NCBI GenBank assembly: GCA_009691445.1
Contig: SICL01000002.1
Span: 64,063 to 128,062 of the forward strand
Length of the DNA: 64,000 nt
Reading direction: 5' to 3'
From: Candidatus Taenariivivens baikalensis
GTDB lineage: Bacteria; Omnitrophota; Omnitrophia; Omnitrophales; Aquincolibacteriaceae
Positions 63,956 to 64,000 of this stretch are shown here, one piece after another. How positions within the stretch are numbered: the first letter of the stretch is position 1; the number at the start of each line of letters is the position of its first letter. The notes below the pieces were generated by a model. The model saw only the letters and a list, made by a program, of their open reading frames with translations, was not told where the DNA came from and did no database searches. The translations under genes and the position numbers were made by a program.

Positions 63956-64000
63956 GGGATATGAAGAGCCGTCGCCATCTTTTTGCGAATAATCAAAGGA

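Overview
This 64 kb window is a low-GC (~45%) chromosomal segment from a Gram-negative-type bacterium. It encodes LptD, MreBCD, PBP2/RodA, RpoN and NrdR, and almost all genes run on the minus strand. A SWIB-domain protein and a dense family of small palindromic repeats whose translations read SFAALRMT / ILRCAQDDT suggest a PVC-superphylum or Omnitrophota-like lineage. That lineage assignment is inference, not shown by the sequence.

The window has four parts:

(i) 1-19.3 kb is a large envelope-glycan locus. It holds four polyprenyl-phosphate-sugar-synthase-like GT2 enzymes interleaved with four large multi-TM GT-C (YfhO / ArnT / PMT-like) transferases. It also holds a B12-binding radical SAM enzyme and a zinc-ribbon SAM methyltransferase. 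A full nucleotide-sugar supply block follows: gmd, UDP-GlcA decarboxylase, an epimerase, two UDP-sugar dehydrogenases, and rmlA-like / rmlB / rmlD. The locus ends at lptD.

(ii) 21.7-28.8 kb carries two GGDEF diguanylate cyclases, an orphan MalK-type ABC ATPase, accD, rpoN, tRNA-Thr and a NUDIX hydrolase.

(iii) 28.8-40.5 kb looks accessory and decayed. It contains MITE-like repeats and a frameshifted DUF62 SAM-hydrolase pseudogene. Two tandem Cys-rich secreted paralogs sit in an operon with fur and a Fic protein that has a non-canonical motif. There is a 5'-truncated SIMPL fragment. tRNA-Asp, tRNA-Val and tRNA-Pro are present, a ~55-aa group-II-intron-type reverse-transcriptase relic abuts tRNA-Pro, and a LOG-family gene and a J-domain gene lie between the tRNAs.

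(iv) 40.5-64 kb is housekeeping: rodA-mrdA-mreDCB, aroA, a SWIB protein, nrdR, glyA, rpiB, a YrdC::LMW-PTP fusion, purE-D-M-F-L-Q-S-C-B, tRNA-Glu, a cytochrome c and an SGNH hydrolase.

I found no CRISPR array, no intact transposase or integrase, and no recognisable defence-system gene. The least-described content is the repeat family, the paralog/Fic/Fur operon, the B12-rSAM glycan sub-cluster and the RT relic.
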